From Candidatus Omnitrophota bacterium (GTDB lineage: Bacteria > Omnitrophota > Gorgyraeia > Gygaellales > Profunditerraquicolaceae): a DNA stretch of 64,000 nucleotides. A program made the translations under genes and the position numbers. The stretch's first letter is position 1. Each line of letters opens with the position of its first letter. Of the stretch, positions 38,517-48,648 are shown in pieces. Under the pieces are notes generated by a model that was not told where the DNA came from, ran no database searches, and saw nothing but the letters and a program-made list of their open reading frames with translations. The stretch spans positions 4,766-68,765 of the forward strand of contig JBEKHW010000001.1 in NCBI GenBank assembly GCA_050012075.1, read 5' to 3'.

Positions 38517-38939
38517 TTACTGCTTATCGGAAGTTTCTCTAGGGGGAGTTATTATTTTCTTTATTAAATTGTCCCTGCTTCCGGAAAGAGCTATTGAAAT
38601 GCACAATAACATAAAAATCACAGAGAATAATGCCAGGATAAGATAAGTAAACACGAATAGCGAAACGGAAACCACTGTTTGCAGTTTTTTAAATAACCTA
38701 AGCGACTCTATCTTCAACTGCGCCTCTAAGGGGGTTACAGTTTTAATATTTGATAGGGCAGTGCCTGTCAGGGCAAGTTTATTCTGAATAACGACGGAGT
38801 TGCTTTCGCTTTTTTTAATAAAAATAGAGCTTAAAGAGATGAACAGTGCGCACAAAACCAATATTGCCAGTATCCTACGCTTACGTAAACTCCCCTGCTT
38901 AATAAGCTGTAATGTTTTTTCTTCTTTACTTGTCAGCAT
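38517..38939 (-). CDS. hypothetical membrane protein
   Basis: ORF with 2-3 TM helices. ORF-track N-terminus trimmed because it overlaps tRNA-Leu. Confidence 0.35.
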   Translation of the reverse strand: MLTSKEEKTLQLIKQGSLRKRRILAILVLCALFISLSSIFIKKSESNSVVIQNKLALTGTALSNIKTVTPLEAQLKIESLRLFKKLQTVVSVSLFVFTYLILALFSVIFMLLCISIALSGSRDNLIKKIITPPRETSDKQ

Positions 38940-38953
38940 GGCTAATTTAGATA

Positions 38954-39034
38954 TGGGCGGAAGAGGAGTTGAACCTCCACGGGTTGCCCCACAAGGTCCT
39001 AAGCCTTGCGCGTCTGCCATTCCGCCATCCGCCC
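38954..39034 (-). tRNA. tRNA-Leu (anticodon TAG), 81 nt with long variable arm
   Basis: Acceptor GGGCGGA/TCCGCCC, anticodon stem-loop CAAGG-CTTAGGA-CCTTG, 13-nt variable arm, T-arm GGAGGTTCAACTCCTCT. Confidence 0.8.
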
Positions 39035-39203
39035 GTAATTGGGCTTGTATTTGTCCGGGAAAGAACTTAATGCACTCCGCTCGCTAAACCGCTTGTCGCT
39101 TTGTTGAACGCTTAATTCACCCGCTATTTCCTATCGGTGAATTACACCGCGAAGCGGTGCTGCTTGAGTGCACTAAAATTTTCCCTTGTCGTGAAAATTT
39201 TAG

Positions 39204-39227
39204 TGAGCCTCCCGCGACTCTAACGCG
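39204..39227. repeat. 24-nt direct duplicate of the tRNA-Lys 3' end (TGAGCCTCCCGCGACTCTAACGCG), 153 bp from the intact gene
   Basis: 24/25 identity with tRNA-Lys 39380-39404, same orientation. Confidence 0.6.
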
Positions 39228-39379
39228 TCGCTCCTCGCTAAAGCTTCGTCGCTCCCCAAAGGGGCTCTGCCCCTATGGCGCTCACTCACTCCGTTCGTTC
39301 GCTGTTACCCCGAAAGCGTGGGGAAAATATCTTTTCCCCACACCCCTTTTGCGTTCTCGTCGCGGGGACAGAAATTTAT

Positions 39380-39452
39380 TGAGCCTCCCGCGACTCGAAC
39401 GCGGCACAGCCACCTTAAAAGGGTGGTGCTCTACCAGATGAGCTAGAGGCCC
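39380..39452 (-). tRNA. tRNA-Lys (anticodon TTT)
   Basis: Acceptor GGGCCTC, D-arm GCTCATCTGGTAGAGC, anticodon stem-loop CCACC-CTTTTAA-GGTGG, T-arm CCGCGTTCGAGTCGCGG. Confidence 0.8.
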
Positions 39453-39516
39453 TAATTTTTCGATTCCGGACTCTATCCTGCGGCTATTGATTCAACAGGA
39501 TTAGAGGCCCAGATTT

Positions 39517-39599
39517 AGTTCATTGTTCATGGTTCATGGTTCATGGTTCATGGTTCATGGTTGTCCTGCTATGAACCATCCACTATGAACTATGAACTA
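39517..39599. repeat. heptamer hairpin R4 (GTTCATG family, six left-arm units) overlapping the frr stop codon
   Basis: AGTTCATTGTTCATGG(TTCATGG)x4..loop..CTATGAACCATCCACTATGAACTATGAACTAA. The frr TAG is the CTA at 39597-39599. Confidence 0.65.
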
Positions 39600-40157
39600 A
39601 AATTCAAGTATTTCTTTTTCTTTATTCTTTAAGAGCTCGTCAATCTTTGCGATATACTTATCGACAAGCTTTTGCAATTCATCTATCCCGCGAAACTTAT
39701 CGTCTTCTGAAATTGCCTTGTCTTTCTCAAGTTTCTCTAATGTTTCTTTGGAATCGCGCCGGATGGTGCGTAAAGACACCCTTCCTTCTTCCGTCATATT
39801 GTGCACCACTTTTGCCAACTCCTGGCGCCTCTCTTTTGAAAGCTGCGGGAATGACAATCGCACAACCTTGCCATCATTGGAAGGTGTAATGCCAAGATTA
39901 GATTTAAGGATAGCCTTCTCAATCTCGGGAACAGCCGAAACATCCCATGGTTGAATCATCAACAAGTGGGCATCCTGGGTAGAAATAGAGGCCAACTGTT
40001 TTAACAGGGTCGGGGCCCCATAATAATCAATATGCAGTCCTTCAACCAGATGAGGGCTTGCCCTTCCTGTGCGTATCTCGGAAAATTCACGGGTAACCGA
40101 ATCAAATGCCTTTTTCATTTTCTCTTCGGAGCTATGTAAGATTTCCTTAACTGTCAT
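39597..40157 (-). CDS. frr: ribosome recycling factor
   Basis: 186 aa. Conserved RTGRA and PQLSKERR regions. Confidence 0.9.
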   Translation of the reverse strand: MTVKEILHSSEEKMKKAFDSVTREFSEIRTGRASPHLVEGLHIDYYGAPTLLKQLASISTQDAHLLMIQPWDVSAVPEIEKAILKSNLGITPSNDGKVVRLSFPQLSKERRQELAKVVHNMTEEGRVSLRTIRRDSKETLEKLEKDKAISEDDKFRGIDELQKLVDKYIAKIDELLKNKEKEILEF

Positions 40158-40168
40158 GGCTCGTCCTC

Positions 40169-40894
40169 CTATCGGCTGACTATTGTGCCTATTTTCTCTC
40201 CCAGCACAACCCGCCTGATATTGCCTTCTTTATTAAGATTAAAAACTACGATGGGAAGATTATTATCCATGCAGAGGCTTATGGCAGTAGCATCCATAAC
40301 CTTAAGCCCTTTCTTCAGGACATCCATGTACTTCAGACGGCTGAATTTCTTTGCGTTCTTTACCCTGAGGGGATCCGCGGAATAAACACCATCCACCTTT
40401 GTCGCTTTTAAGATAGCATCGGCGCTGATTTCCATTGCGCGTAGCGCCGCCGCGGTATCAGTAGTAAAATAGGGGTTACCGGTCCCGGCGACGAATATTG
40501 CGACGCGGCCTTTCTCCAGGTGCCTTATCGCGCGTCTGCGTATATAGGGCTCGGCTATCCGTTCCATTTCGATAGCAGTCATCACGCGCGTGGGAACACC
40601 GGTTTTTTCAAGTGTGTCCTGTAAGGCCAGGCCATTAATCACTGTTGCCAGCATACCCATGTAATCGGCAACGCTCCTGTCCATATCCAGGCCGCGCGAT
40701 GCGGTGTTTTCCTGGCCGCGGAAGATATTTCCTCCTCCGAGCACCACAGCCACATCGACACCCAGCTCTTTTATTTCTTTTATTTGTCGCGAAATAGAAA
40801 AGAGTACCGCTTCATCGATACCGTGGGCTTTCTTCCCCTGAAGTGCTTCTCCGCTTAACTTCAGGACTATCCTTTTGTAGAGTGCCTGTTTCAT
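40169..40894 (-). CDS. pyrH: UMP kinase
   Basis: [12 protein letters not shown] and GGGNIFRG nucleotide motifs. Start at Met-13 of the ORF-track product. Confidence 0.9.
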   Translation of the reverse strand: MKQALYKRIVLKLSGEALQGKKAHGIDEAVLFSISRQIKEIKELGVDVAVVLGGGNIFRGQENTASRGLDMDRSVADYMGMLATVINGLALQDTLEKTGVPTRVMTAIEMERIAEPYIRRRAIRHLEKGRVAIFVAGTGNPYFTTDTAAALRAMEISADAILKATKVDGVYSADPLRVKNAKKFSRLKYMDVLKKGLKVMDATAISLCMDNNLPIVVFNLNKEGNIRRVVLGEKIGTIVSR

Positions 40895-40904
40895 TATTGT
40901 TCGA

Positions 40905-41429
40905 TTACTCACCGATTCTATAACGGACAAACCTGCGTATTACAATATTCTCGCCGAGTTTGGCAACTATACTGCCTAAATAATCATTTATGCTTATTGT
41001 GGGATCTTTTATAAACGGCTGCTCAAGCAGGCAATGGTTTTTATAAAAATCGTCTTTGCTTTTTTCATGCTCTACTACTTCCGCGGGGACTTCTTCCCGT
41101 TTTATGTAGAGCGGGCTTGAGGCCGTAACCTGCATGGCCACATCTTTAGTGAACCTGCAGAACTCCTCATTACGCGCTACGAAGTCAGATTCGCAATCAA
41201 CTTCAACCAGGACCCCTATTTTATTGCCCATATGCACATAGGCCTCGACCCTGCCTTCTTTAGCGGCTCTTCCCTGCTTCTTCGCGGCTATCTCAAGGCC
41301 CTGTTTACGCAACAGCTGTGCCGCTTTCTTTAAATCTCCGCCTGTCTCTTCAAGCGCTTTTTTACAATGCGCAACTGAAGCCAGGGTCATCTCTCTTAAT
41401 TCTTTTATCAATTCAACCTTTACTGCCAT
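40905..41429 (-). CDS. tsf: elongation factor Ts (short form)
   Basis: UBA-like N-terminus IKELREMT..S...CKKAL plus the EF-Ts core motif. Confidence 0.85.
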   Translation of the reverse strand: MAVKVELIKELREMTLASVAHCKKALEETGGDLKKAAQLLRKQGLEIAAKKQGRAAKEGRVEAYVHMGNKIGVLVEVDCESDFVARNEEFCRFTKDVAMQVTASSPLYIKREEVPAEVVEHEKSKDDFYKNHCLLEQPFIKDPTISINDYLGSIVAKLGENIVIRRFVRYRIGE

Positions 41430-41436
41430 TTTAAGC

Positions 41437-42330
41437 TTACCCCTTCCTTTTTATTCTTGTCTTCTCTTCTGCAATTTTCTTTAAGCGGCTCTTATGAATG
41501 GCTTTTGCTTCTTCTGTCCCTCCCTCAGGCGCGACTATTTCTTCTATCTCTTTTATCTTCGCCTCTTCTTCGGGAAGAACCACTGCCGCTATTTCTTCCT
41601 TTTTGCCTTCCTCAATCTTTACCCCTTCCTGAGAAAGGTAAGAGAGGAACCGCTTCCTGCCCTCTATTATCGCATCAGCCATGAGGGAAGTTATAAGCCG
41701 TATGGATTTGGCCGCGTCGTCATTTCCCGGAATCGGATACGCTACCAGTTCAGGATTGGCATTCGTATCGATAAGGGCTATGATAGGTATGGATAGCCTG
41801 TTTGCTTCGCGCACCGCTGTCTCTTCTTTCGAAGTATCTACTATGAACGCCGCCTTTGGCATCCGCTCCATCTTGACGATACCGGAAAAGTTCTTCCTTA
41901 ACTTACCCATTTCCTTTTCAAGGCGCGCTACCTCTTTTTTGGTAAGCTTTTCGAAAGTTCCATCCTCGCGCATAGTTTCTATTTCTTTAAGGCGGTTTAT
42001 ACTTTTCTTAATAGTGGTGTAATTGGTAAGCATTCCTCCTGGCCAGCGCTCTGTGACATAAAACATCCCGCAGCGATTCGCCTCCTGGAACACTACTTCC
42101 TGCGCCTGCTTTTTGGTGCCGACGAAAAGTACACCTTCGCCCTTTGCAGAGATATCCAGCAGGAAGTCGCGCGCGCGGTTAATGCATTCCTCTGTTTTCT
42201 CAAGGTCTATGATGTAAATCCCGCTTCTTTCGCCAAAGATAAATTTCTTCATCTTGGGATTCCAGCGTTTTTTCTGGTGCCCAAAATGGACCCCAGCTTC
42301 CAGCAACTGTTTAATTAATTCTGATGGCAC
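41437..42330 (-). CDS. rpsB: 30S ribosomal protein S2 with Lys/Glu-rich C-terminal extension
   Basis: [17 protein letters not shown] signature. rpsB-tsf-pyrH-frr order conserved. Confidence 0.9.
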   Translation of the reverse strand: MPSELIKQLLEAGVHFGHQKKRWNPKMKKFIFGERSGIYIIDLEKTEECINRARDFLLDISAKGEGVLFVGTKKQAQEVVFQEANRCGMFYVTERWPGGMLTNYTTIKKSINRLKEIETMREDGTFEKLTKKEVARLEKEMGKLRKNFSGIVKMERMPKAAFIVDTSKEETAVREANRLSIPIIALIDTNANPELVAYPIPGNDDAAKSIRLITSLMADAIIEGRKRFLSYLSQEGVKIEEGKKEEIAAVVLPEEEAKIKEIEEIVAPEGGTEEAKAIHKSRLKKIAEEKTRIKRKG

Positions 42331-42593
42331 GTTCTTTTCCCCTTTCTTTCACCCTTCGTTACACTTCATTCGCTTGAGGGTGTTCCTCTGAACCAACAAA
42401 GTGAACTGAAGGAGCATAGCCGTTCTTTGCGCCAAAAAGTTCGCATACGCACCTGCGGCTTCCTAGCAGAACTAAGCTATTTGTTCATTGGAATTCCGGC
42501 TGTATTTCGTTTCGCGTCAGACGGAAACCGTGATTTTAGGTTATACCGAAGTGAAAAGATAGTATACCAAAAATCTTCGTAATTTCAATAAAA
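42331..42593 (-). promoter_or_regulatory. rpsB 5' leader / promoter region (263-bp non-coding)
   Basis: Long non-coding stretch upstream of rpsB. Many bacteria carry an autoregulatory S2-binding leader here; no structure verified. Confidence 0.3.
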
Positions 42594-44387
42594 TTATTGC
42601 AATTCCTGAAGCTCGTAGAGCTTTTTGTACAACCCGCCATTTACCACTAAATCGCTATGCGTACCTTCCTCGGCAATTCTCCCTTTTTCCAGGACAATGA
42701 TACGATGGGCATTCCTGACAGTGGAAAGACGGTGGGCAATTACGAGGACTGTCCTGCCTTGCATCAGGGTCTCAAGTGCTTCCTGGACAATGCGTTCGGA
42801 TTCGGTATCCAATTGCGAGGTTGCTTCATCCAGGATTAAAATCGGCGGATTCTTCAATAACGCCCTCGCAATGGCAATTCTTTGCCTTTCGCCTCCGGAA
42901 AGCTTCATCCCCCTGTCGCCGATAACAGTATCGTAGCCAAGCGGAAGATGCCTGACGAATTCATGCGCGTGCGCGTTAACAGCTGCCGCCTCTATATCCT
43001 CCTGCGACGCATCCGGCCTGCCATAGGCGATATTACCTCTTATGGTATCATTAAAAAGGATCGTTTCCTGGGTAACTATTCCTATCTGACTGCGGAGCGA
43101 ATCAAATGTCACTTCCTTTATGTCTGTCCCGTCTATAAGGACCCTTCCCTTTTTCGGGTCATAAAATCTGGGAATAAGGTCTAATAGCGTGCTTTTACCG
43201 ACGCCGCTTGGGCCCACGACAGCCGATATCGTGCCTTTTTTTACTTCCAGGTCTATGCCTTTTAACACCTGATTATCCCCATGGCTAAACCAGATATCTT
43301 CAAAGACAATACTTTCCCTAAACGGCGGCAATTCCCGAGCATCACTCTTCTCTGCCACGGTGGTTACTGTGTCAAGAACTTCATAAATACGCTCGCTGGC
43401 AGCTGATGCCTGCTGCATTATTGAATTTACCTGGCTTAATTTCTTAAAGGGCTTTATAAGGGATAAAAGGGTCGCCATGAATAAGGTAAAGGCGCCGAAA
43501 GAAAGCTGTCCCCCGATAACCTGGCGTCCACTGTAATAAACGATAAAAAGCGCCATAGCCACGCCTGTTAACTCGGTAGCGCTGCCTAAAATAAGCATGC
43601 GCTTTACGGATTTCATTGCGATACGGTAATATTCATGGTTTTCTCTTGCAAACCTTGCCTTTTCCCTTTCTTCCGCAGAGAACGCCCTGACAATCCGGAC
43701 ACCTGTAAAGGTCTCAACAAGCAGAGAATTGATATCTGCCATCTTTTCCTGCGCTCTCTTGCTTAATTTACGTAAAACCTTACCCACAATCACCATAGGG
43801 ACAGCGACGATTGGCAAGACTACAATGGCAATCAATGCCAAGTGCCAGTTAATAAGGAATATCAGGAATGAATATGCGACTACTTCAAAAGACTGGTAGA
43901 TAAGGTCGGTGAGCCCATAGGAAACTGCGTTTTCAATCAGCTTGACATCATTGGTAATGCGCGATATAAGCTCGCCGCTTCTTTTTTGCGTGAAATACTC
44001 CAGGGATAACGACTGCATCTTAGCGTAAACCTTGTCGCGCACATCCCTGATTACCTTCTGCCCCACGTCAGACATGATATAGGACTGCATATATTCAAAA
44101 ACAGCCCTGATTATAAGGGCAACAGGCATAACAATCAGTATAAGATACAGGACCTTTAGGGAAGATAGCGAGTTCAGGAAATTTAACGCATCTTGTACGA
44201 ATGCAGGGAGTTTCCCGCTTGTGAATACTATCGGCTTATTGGTAAATATCCTGTCTATAACCGGCACTATGGCGCTTAGGCGGAATACGTCAAAAAAGGT
44301 AACAACAGCCATAAAAATGCCTGAAAGGAATAACTTTCCGTAATAGGCCCTTGCAAAACTGAATAATTTACGATAATCCTTTTTCAT
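42594..44387 (-). CDS. ABC transporter permease/ATP-binding protein (MsbA-like lipid exporter)
   Basis: Six-TM domain plus Walker A GPSGVGKST, LSGGERQR signature and Walker B ILILDEATS. Confidence 0.8.
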   Translation of the reverse strand: MKKDYRKLFSFARAYYGKLFLSGIFMAVVTFFDVFRLSAIVPVIDRIFTNKPIVFTSGKLPAFVQDALNFLNSLSSLKVLYLILIVMPVALIIRAVFEYMQSYIMSDVGQKVIRDVRDKVYAKMQSLSLEYFTQKRSGELISRITNDVKLIENAVSYGLTDLIYQSFEVVAYSFLIFLINWHLALIAIVVLPIVAVPMVIVGKVLRKLSKRAQEKMADINSLLVETFTGVRIVRAFSAEEREKARFARENHEYYRIAMKSVKRMLILGSATELTGVAMALFIVYYSGRQVIGGQLSFGAFTLFMATLLSLIKPFKKLSQVNSIMQQASAASERIYEVLDTVTTVAEKSDARELPPFRESIVFEDIWFSHGDNQVLKGIDLEVKKGTISAVVGPSGVGKSTLLDLIPRFYDPKKGRVLIDGTDIKEVTFDSLRSQIGIVTQETILFNDTIRGNIAYGRPDASQEDIEAAAVNAHAHEFVRHLPLGYDTVIGDRGMKLSGGERQRIAIARALLKNPPILILDEATSQLDTESERIVQEALETLMQGRTVLVIAHRLSTVRNAHRIIVLEKGRIAEEGTHSDLVVNGGLYKKLYELQELQ

Positions 44388-44576
44388 AAAATAACTCTTT
44401 TCCTGGCTTTAATTGGATTTTTTAATATAACACAATAATTGCCTTTTGTCGAGCCTCCTTGTAACTTTTTTTACGGTTATATTGAACAATTTTGACAATT
44501 GGAGAGGCTGGCAAAAATAGGCAATATTTTAGTTGCAACAGGCCGGGCAATTTGCTATCATCTTTTTACGAGCACA

Positions 44577-44635
44577 TAAGTTACGGAGCAGGATGCGACG
44601 TAACTTATTTGTGCGAGTTAATCCGCCGAAGGCGG
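44577..44635. repeat. composite hairpin element copy 3 (partial). Hairpin TAAGTTACG-13 nt-CGTAACTTA, linker TTTGTGCGAGTTAATCC, small hairpin GCCGAAGGCGG
   Basis: Same hairpin-A plus TGTGCGARTTRAWCC arrangement as copies at 4645-4690 and 37863-37912. Lies 48 bp upstream of the gfo ATG. Confidence 0.5.
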
Positions 44636-44683
44636 ACAAAACAGGCAGAAAGTTGCGTTTCTGAAATTTTGCTTTCATCTGAT

Positions 44684-45610
44684 ATGCAAAAGGTAAAGGT
44701 TGGTGTAATAGGGGTGGGCTATCTTGGCAGTATCCATGCCCGCATTTACCGGGAACTGACCGAGTGCGAGCTTGTCGGGGTCTGCGATATTGACAATGAT
44801 AAACGGGAAGAAATCTCTCAAAAACTGGGTGTACCCGGCTACTCAAACTATGCTGATTTATTCGGGAAAGTAGATGCGGTAAGTATCGCTACTCCCACAA
44901 AAAGCCATTGCCCTATTGCCTCTAGTTTCCTGCGCCAAAAAATCCATCTCCTGGTAGAAAAACCGTTTACCACCAGCCTCAAAGAGGCGGATTCGCTCAT
45001 AAGGTTAGCCCGGAAGAACCGGCTTATACTGCAGGTAGGCCACATAGAAAGGTTCAATTCCGCCTTTAGCGCCACCCGCGATATTATAAAAAAACCCAGG
45101 TTTATCGAATGCCACCGGTTAAGCCCCTTCCCCAACCGCTCACTCGATGTAGGTGCGGTCCTTGATATCATGATCCACGATATCGATATAGTGCTTGGCC
45201 TCGTAGATTCAAAGATCAAAAGGATTGAGGCAGTGGGAGTAAATGTATTGACGGCCTTTGAAGATATAGCCAATGCCCGCATTACCTTTAAGAACGGCTG
45301 CGTGGCCAATCTTACCGCAAGCAGGGTATCGGATGAAACAATGCGTAAAATCCGCATATTCCAGGAGGATACTTATATCTCCCTGGATTATAAAGAAGCG
45401 GCGGCCGTCGCATACCGTAAAGACGCAAACCGGATCATCAAAGAAGACCTGCCCATAGAAAAAGAACAGCCTCTGCAAAAAGAGCTTAGCTCCTTCATCC
45501 ACTGCGTAGCCGCGCATGAACAACCTTTGGTTTCAGGGCCGGTAGCTCGAGAAGCCCTTGCGGTGGCATTAGAGATCCAAAAACAAATATGGCGCAAAAA
45601 AATATCCTGA
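44684..45610 (+). CDS. Gfo/Idh/MocA family NAD(P)-dependent oxidoreductase (candidate UDP-GlcNAc 3-dehydrogenase GnnA-like)
   Basis: N-terminal Rossmann VGVIGVGYLGSIHARIY and the EKP motif. 22-bp overlap with lpxB. Start set at ATG 44684, since the upstream in-frame part has no RBS and lies in the promoter region. Confidence 0.65.
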   Translation: MQKVKVGVIGVGYLGSIHARIYRELTECELVGVCDIDNDKREEISQKLGVPGYSNYADLFGKVDAVSIATPTKSHCPIASSFLRQKIHLLVEKPFTTSLKEADSLIRLARKNRLILQVGHIERFNSAFSATRDIIKKPRFIECHRLSPFPNRSLDVGAVLDIMIHDIDIVLGLVDSKIKRIEAVGVNVLTAFEDIANARITFKNGCVANLTASRVSDETMRKIRIFQEDTYISLDYKEAAAVAYRKDANRIIKEDLPIEKEQPLQKELSSFIHCVAAHEQPLVSGPVAREALAVALEIQKQIWRKKIS

Positions 45611-46731
45611 TTATCTGCGGTGAAGCATCGGGAGAAATACATGCCGCGGGGTTAGCTGGCGCACTCAAAAAGATAGACCCTGAGATCTCCATCTCCGGCG
45701 TGGGTGGAGAGCTTCTAAGGAGTTCGGGCGCTCAAGTGTTCTATGATATAAAGGAATTGGGCGTAATGGGATTAGTCGACGTATTAAAGAAACTGCCTAA
45801 GTTCTTTGCGCTAAAGGAGCTGATCCTAAAAAAAGTCAACTCCGAAAAACCCTCCGCAATAATATTTGTGGATTTCTCGGGGTTTAATCTGCGGCTTGCC
45901 AAAGATATAAATAATAAAATACCCACTATCTATTACGTAAGCCCGCAGGTATGGGCCTCTAGGATAGGCCGCATTAAAACAATAAAAAAATACATCGGTA
46001 AACTGATTGTCCTGTTTAGCTTCGAGGAGGAATTCTACAGGAAACACCTGATACACGCTGATTGCGTAGGCCATCCCCTCCTTGACATTGTAAGCCCGAC
46101 TATGACAAAGGAGGAGTTTTTAGGGACTATGGGGCTTCTAAAAGATAAAACCACTATCGCCCTTTTACCAGGCTCACGCATACAGGAGATAGAAAAAATC
46201 CTGCCGGTAATGTTGGGGGCTGCGCGCATAATCTCCGGGGAGCGCCCGGCGCAGTTTGTGGTAGCCAAATCCCCTCTTGTGCAAATAGATATCTATAACA
46301 AACTGATGAACAGAACCAAAGGGTTGAATATAAAGATTGCGGAGGCAAAAACCTATGATTGCCTTAATATCGCGGATTTTGCCCTCGTTACCTCAGGTAC
46401 CGCCACCCTTGAAACAGCGATTATGCGCAAACCTTTCCTGGTAATTTATAAGATGAATATCCTGAATTATCTATTGTACCGGCCGCAGGTAAAAATCCCG
46501 TATATCGCCATGGTGAATATAGTGGCGGGTAATAAAATCATCCCGGAATTCGTGCAGTTTAAGGCAACAGCCTCCCGCATCGCAAGAGCAACCCTGCATT
46601 TCTTGGATAACCCTTCAGAATTAGAGGATATGAAATCACGGCTCTCCAAAGTTAACTCCCTATTAGGCAAACCCGGCGCAAGCTCCCGCGCCGCTCGAAT
46701 CATCGTCGATTTCCTCAATAATACCAAATAA
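45589..46731 (+). CDS. lpxB: lipid-A-disaccharide synthase
   Basis: N-terminal ILIICGEASGEIHAAGL and central/C-terminal LpxB GT-B motifs. 380 aa. Confidence 0.85.
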   Translation: MAQKNILIICGEASGEIHAAGLAGALKKIDPEISISGVGGELLRSSGAQVFYDIKELGVMGLVDVLKKLPKFFALKELILKKVNSEKPSAIIFVDFSGFNLRLAKDINNKIPTIYYVSPQVWASRIGRIKTIKKYIGKLIVLFSFEEEFYRKHLIHADCVGHPLLDIVSPTMTKEEFLGTMGLLKDKTTIALLPGSRIQEIEKILPVMLGAARIISGERPAQFVVAKSPLVQIDIYNKLMNRTKGLNIKIAEAKTYDCLNIADFALVTSGTATLETAIMRKPFLVIYKMNILNYLLYRPQVKIPYIAMVNIVAGNKIIPEFVQFKATASRIARATLHFLDNPSELEDMKSRLSKVNSLLGKPGASSRAARIIVDFLNNTK

Positions 46732-46736
46732 TAGTT

Positions 46737-46931
46737 TCGCGGGTCCTGCCGAGGCGCGTTCTCGCAGGAACGCACGATTTTCCCCAGCGTGGAAAATCGC
46801 GCTCGGCTCCTCGGCCTCGCTCGTCCAATACAAGATTGTTTCGGGGACACCTTGCCCGCTCGGCCTGCGGACGTCCTGCTCAAATCGCGCCTCGTCACCC
46901 GCGAATGATTTCGGCTTAGCAGCCACCCGCT
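46737..46931. repeat. structured ~195-bp repeat, long form L2 (reverse-complement copy of 14494-14690)
   Basis: Starts 5 bp after the lpxB stop. Termini TCGCGGGTCCTGCCGAGG...GCAGCCACCCGCT. Confidence 0.65.
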
Positions 46932-47208
46932 AATCGAGACACCAGTTAAATTAATAAAATTTATTAAGGGACTATGAGCGCGCGTTGGGAAATTTTGCGG
47001 GTTTGCGGAGCGTGCATTAGAAATTTTTTGGCACAGCGTTTACTTGTAGTGTACAAGGAATTACGGCGAGCGGTGTGCGATTGTTATTCTCGTAAGACGA
47101 CACAAGAGCGAGCCGTAAGCCGCAGTACATGGCAAAAAATTTCAGCACGCGGAGCAAAACCGCAAAATCAAAGAATTTCGTGCGCGAAAATCCAAGAAAA
47201 GAATTACT

Positions 47209-48315
47209 TCATGGTTTTTCCGGAACGAATAGCTCTGCCATAGCAATCCGTTCGTCTATGGGCGGGTGGTCGAAAAAGTAGAATTTAATTAGGGGGTTAG
47301 GATTCCTGTCAGCGAGGTTTTGTTTGGCGAGCTTATCCATCATAGAAATAAAGGCGTCTTTTGAACCGGTAACCTCTAGCGCCATTTTATCGGCGTTTCT
47401 TTCCAGGGCGCGGCTTACGTAATTCTCAAAGGGCTGCATAATCATCCCAAACAAGACAAAATAGATAAGCAGTAACGGTAAAGCAGCTATTTCTGATAAA
47501 GAAGAAAAACCGAATATCCCCAGGATATAAGCGCTGGTTTTAAATATGAAATAAAAGACAAGTATTGTCGCCGCGGAATTTATGAATATTAACTTAAGAA
47601 GGTGCCTTAAGCGGTAATGCGCGAATTCATGGGCAAGTATTACCTCTATTTCGTCATAGCTATACTTATCCTTTAGGGTATCAGCTAAAATCACACGCCT
47701 GGTGCTACCCGTGCCCACGAACGCGGCGTTTGCCTTGAGTGTCTTCTTACTGAAATCTATCTCAAATACATCCAGGATCTTGACTTTCATCTTTGCGGCT
47801 AGGGCGATAACCCGCTCTCTCAGCGTATCGTCGGTAAGTTTTTTATACTTGAAGAACAGGGGTATTATCACTACCGGCAGGAGCTTGGCCAGGATGAGGC
47901 TGAAAAATATCCAGAACAGGGAAATAATCACCCACCAATAATTACCAAAAGTTTTTAAGATATAATAAAAGGCGTAAATAAGAATAAGGCCTATGATATA
48001 AGAGATTATCCCGGACTTAAGCTGGTCGGAAAGCCAATCCCGCAAATTCTGATTTGATAGGGAGAATTTATGCTCCAGTATGTAGGAGTGGTAAAAGCTT
48101 AAAGGGAAACTGAGGATATAATAAACAACTGAAGCGATAAGGACATACAGGAAAGTAATTATATAGGCATTGGCGTTAAATTTAAATAACCCAAGCGCCA
48201 GATTTCTTGAGAAACCTGATAGCAGGAATATAAAAATAATGAGCAGGAGATACGCCGTCTCCAGGATATCCAACGTATACTTAAGGGAGGAATATTTCTT
48301 GGCCGGGTCCCTCAT
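47209..48315 (-). CDS. M48 family zinc metallopeptidase (HtpX/Ste24-like) with N-terminal multi-TM domain
   Basis: HEFAHY zinc motif (HExxH), downstream E, and the hydrophobic N-terminal half. Confidence 0.75.
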   Translation of the reverse strand: MRDPAKKYSSLKYTLDILETAYLLLIIFIFLLSGFSRNLALGLFKFNANAYIITFLYVLIASVVYYILSFPLSFYHSYILEHKFSLSNQNLRDWLSDQLKSGIISYIIGLILIYAFYYILKTFGNYWWVIISLFWIFFSLILAKLLPVVIIPLFFKYKKLTDDTLRERVIALAAKMKVKILDVFEIDFSKKTLKANAAFVGTGSTRRVILADTLKDKYSYDEIEVILAHEFAHYRLRHLLKLIFINSAATILVFYFIFKTSAYILGIFGFSSLSEIAALPLLLIYFVLFGMIMQPFENYVSRALERNADKMALEVTGSKDAFISMMDKLAKQNLADRNPNPLIKFYFFDHPPIDERIAMAELFVPEKP

Positions 48316-48334
48316 GCCTTATTCTCTTTACGGA

Positions 48335-48571
48335 TCAGGTTTTAGCCGGTTTGATATTAATGAAGGTGCGGAATTTACCGTGATTGGTTTTCTTGTGGCT
48401 AAAATAAACTTCGCCGTTACATAAAGCAAAAAGGGTGCCCTGCCCCTTAACATTTATGCCTGCCTTATACACGGCTACGCCCCTTACCAGGATTTGACCT
48501 GTTTTAACGGGCTGCCCATTTGAAACCTTAAGCATTTTGTCTTTCTTCGGTGTTGAGAATCCGCCTGTCAT
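48335..48571 (-). CDS. rpmA: 50S ribosomal protein L27 (divergent N-terminus)
   Basis: Core aligns with L27: G.PV..G.ILVRG...YKAG.NV...GTLFA..NG.V.F........KF. The N-terminus deviates from the canonical AHKKGGGST motif. Confidence 0.55.
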   Translation of the reverse strand: MTGGFSTPKKDKMLKVSNGQPVKTGQILVRGVAVYKAGINVKGQGTLFALCNGEVYFSHKKTNHGKFRTFINIKPAKT

Positions 48572-48648
48572 ATTAACCTCCGCTTAGCTAGTTAAATAAA
48601 CAATACCCCTGGTGCCTATTGTTTATTTACGCCGCGCTATGCGCGGCG

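Noticed and set aside
39228-39379. Intact genomic island between tRNA-Lys and its 3'-end duplicate
   Set aside because: Only about 150 bp separate the repeats and there is no ORF, so at most a scar. Reported as a low-interest finding rather than an island.
19726-39599. Short direct repeats (GTTCATG and GTCACAA units) considered as possible CRISPR arrays
   Set aside because: The units are 7 nt, contiguous with no spacers, and arranged as inverted arms of hairpins. No cas genes are nearby. They do not fit CRISPR architecture.
46932-47208. Possible small RNA gene (6S RNA, RNase P RNA, SRP RNA or tmRNA) in the 280-bp gap after repeat L2, or in the 37980-38180 gap
   Set aside because: None of the hallmark motifs could be found: RNase P AGGAAAGTCC, SRP GGAAGCAG-type domain IV, tmRNA tRNA-like ends. 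Left as unassigned hairpin-rich DNA.
46974-47243. 89-aa plus-strand ORF in the lpxB to M48 peptidase intergenic region
   Set aside because: It overlaps the 3' end of the M48 gene and a hairpin-rich non-coding stretch, and is Cys/Arg-rich with no RBS. More likely structured non-coding DNA carrying CGTAAG hairpins than a gene.
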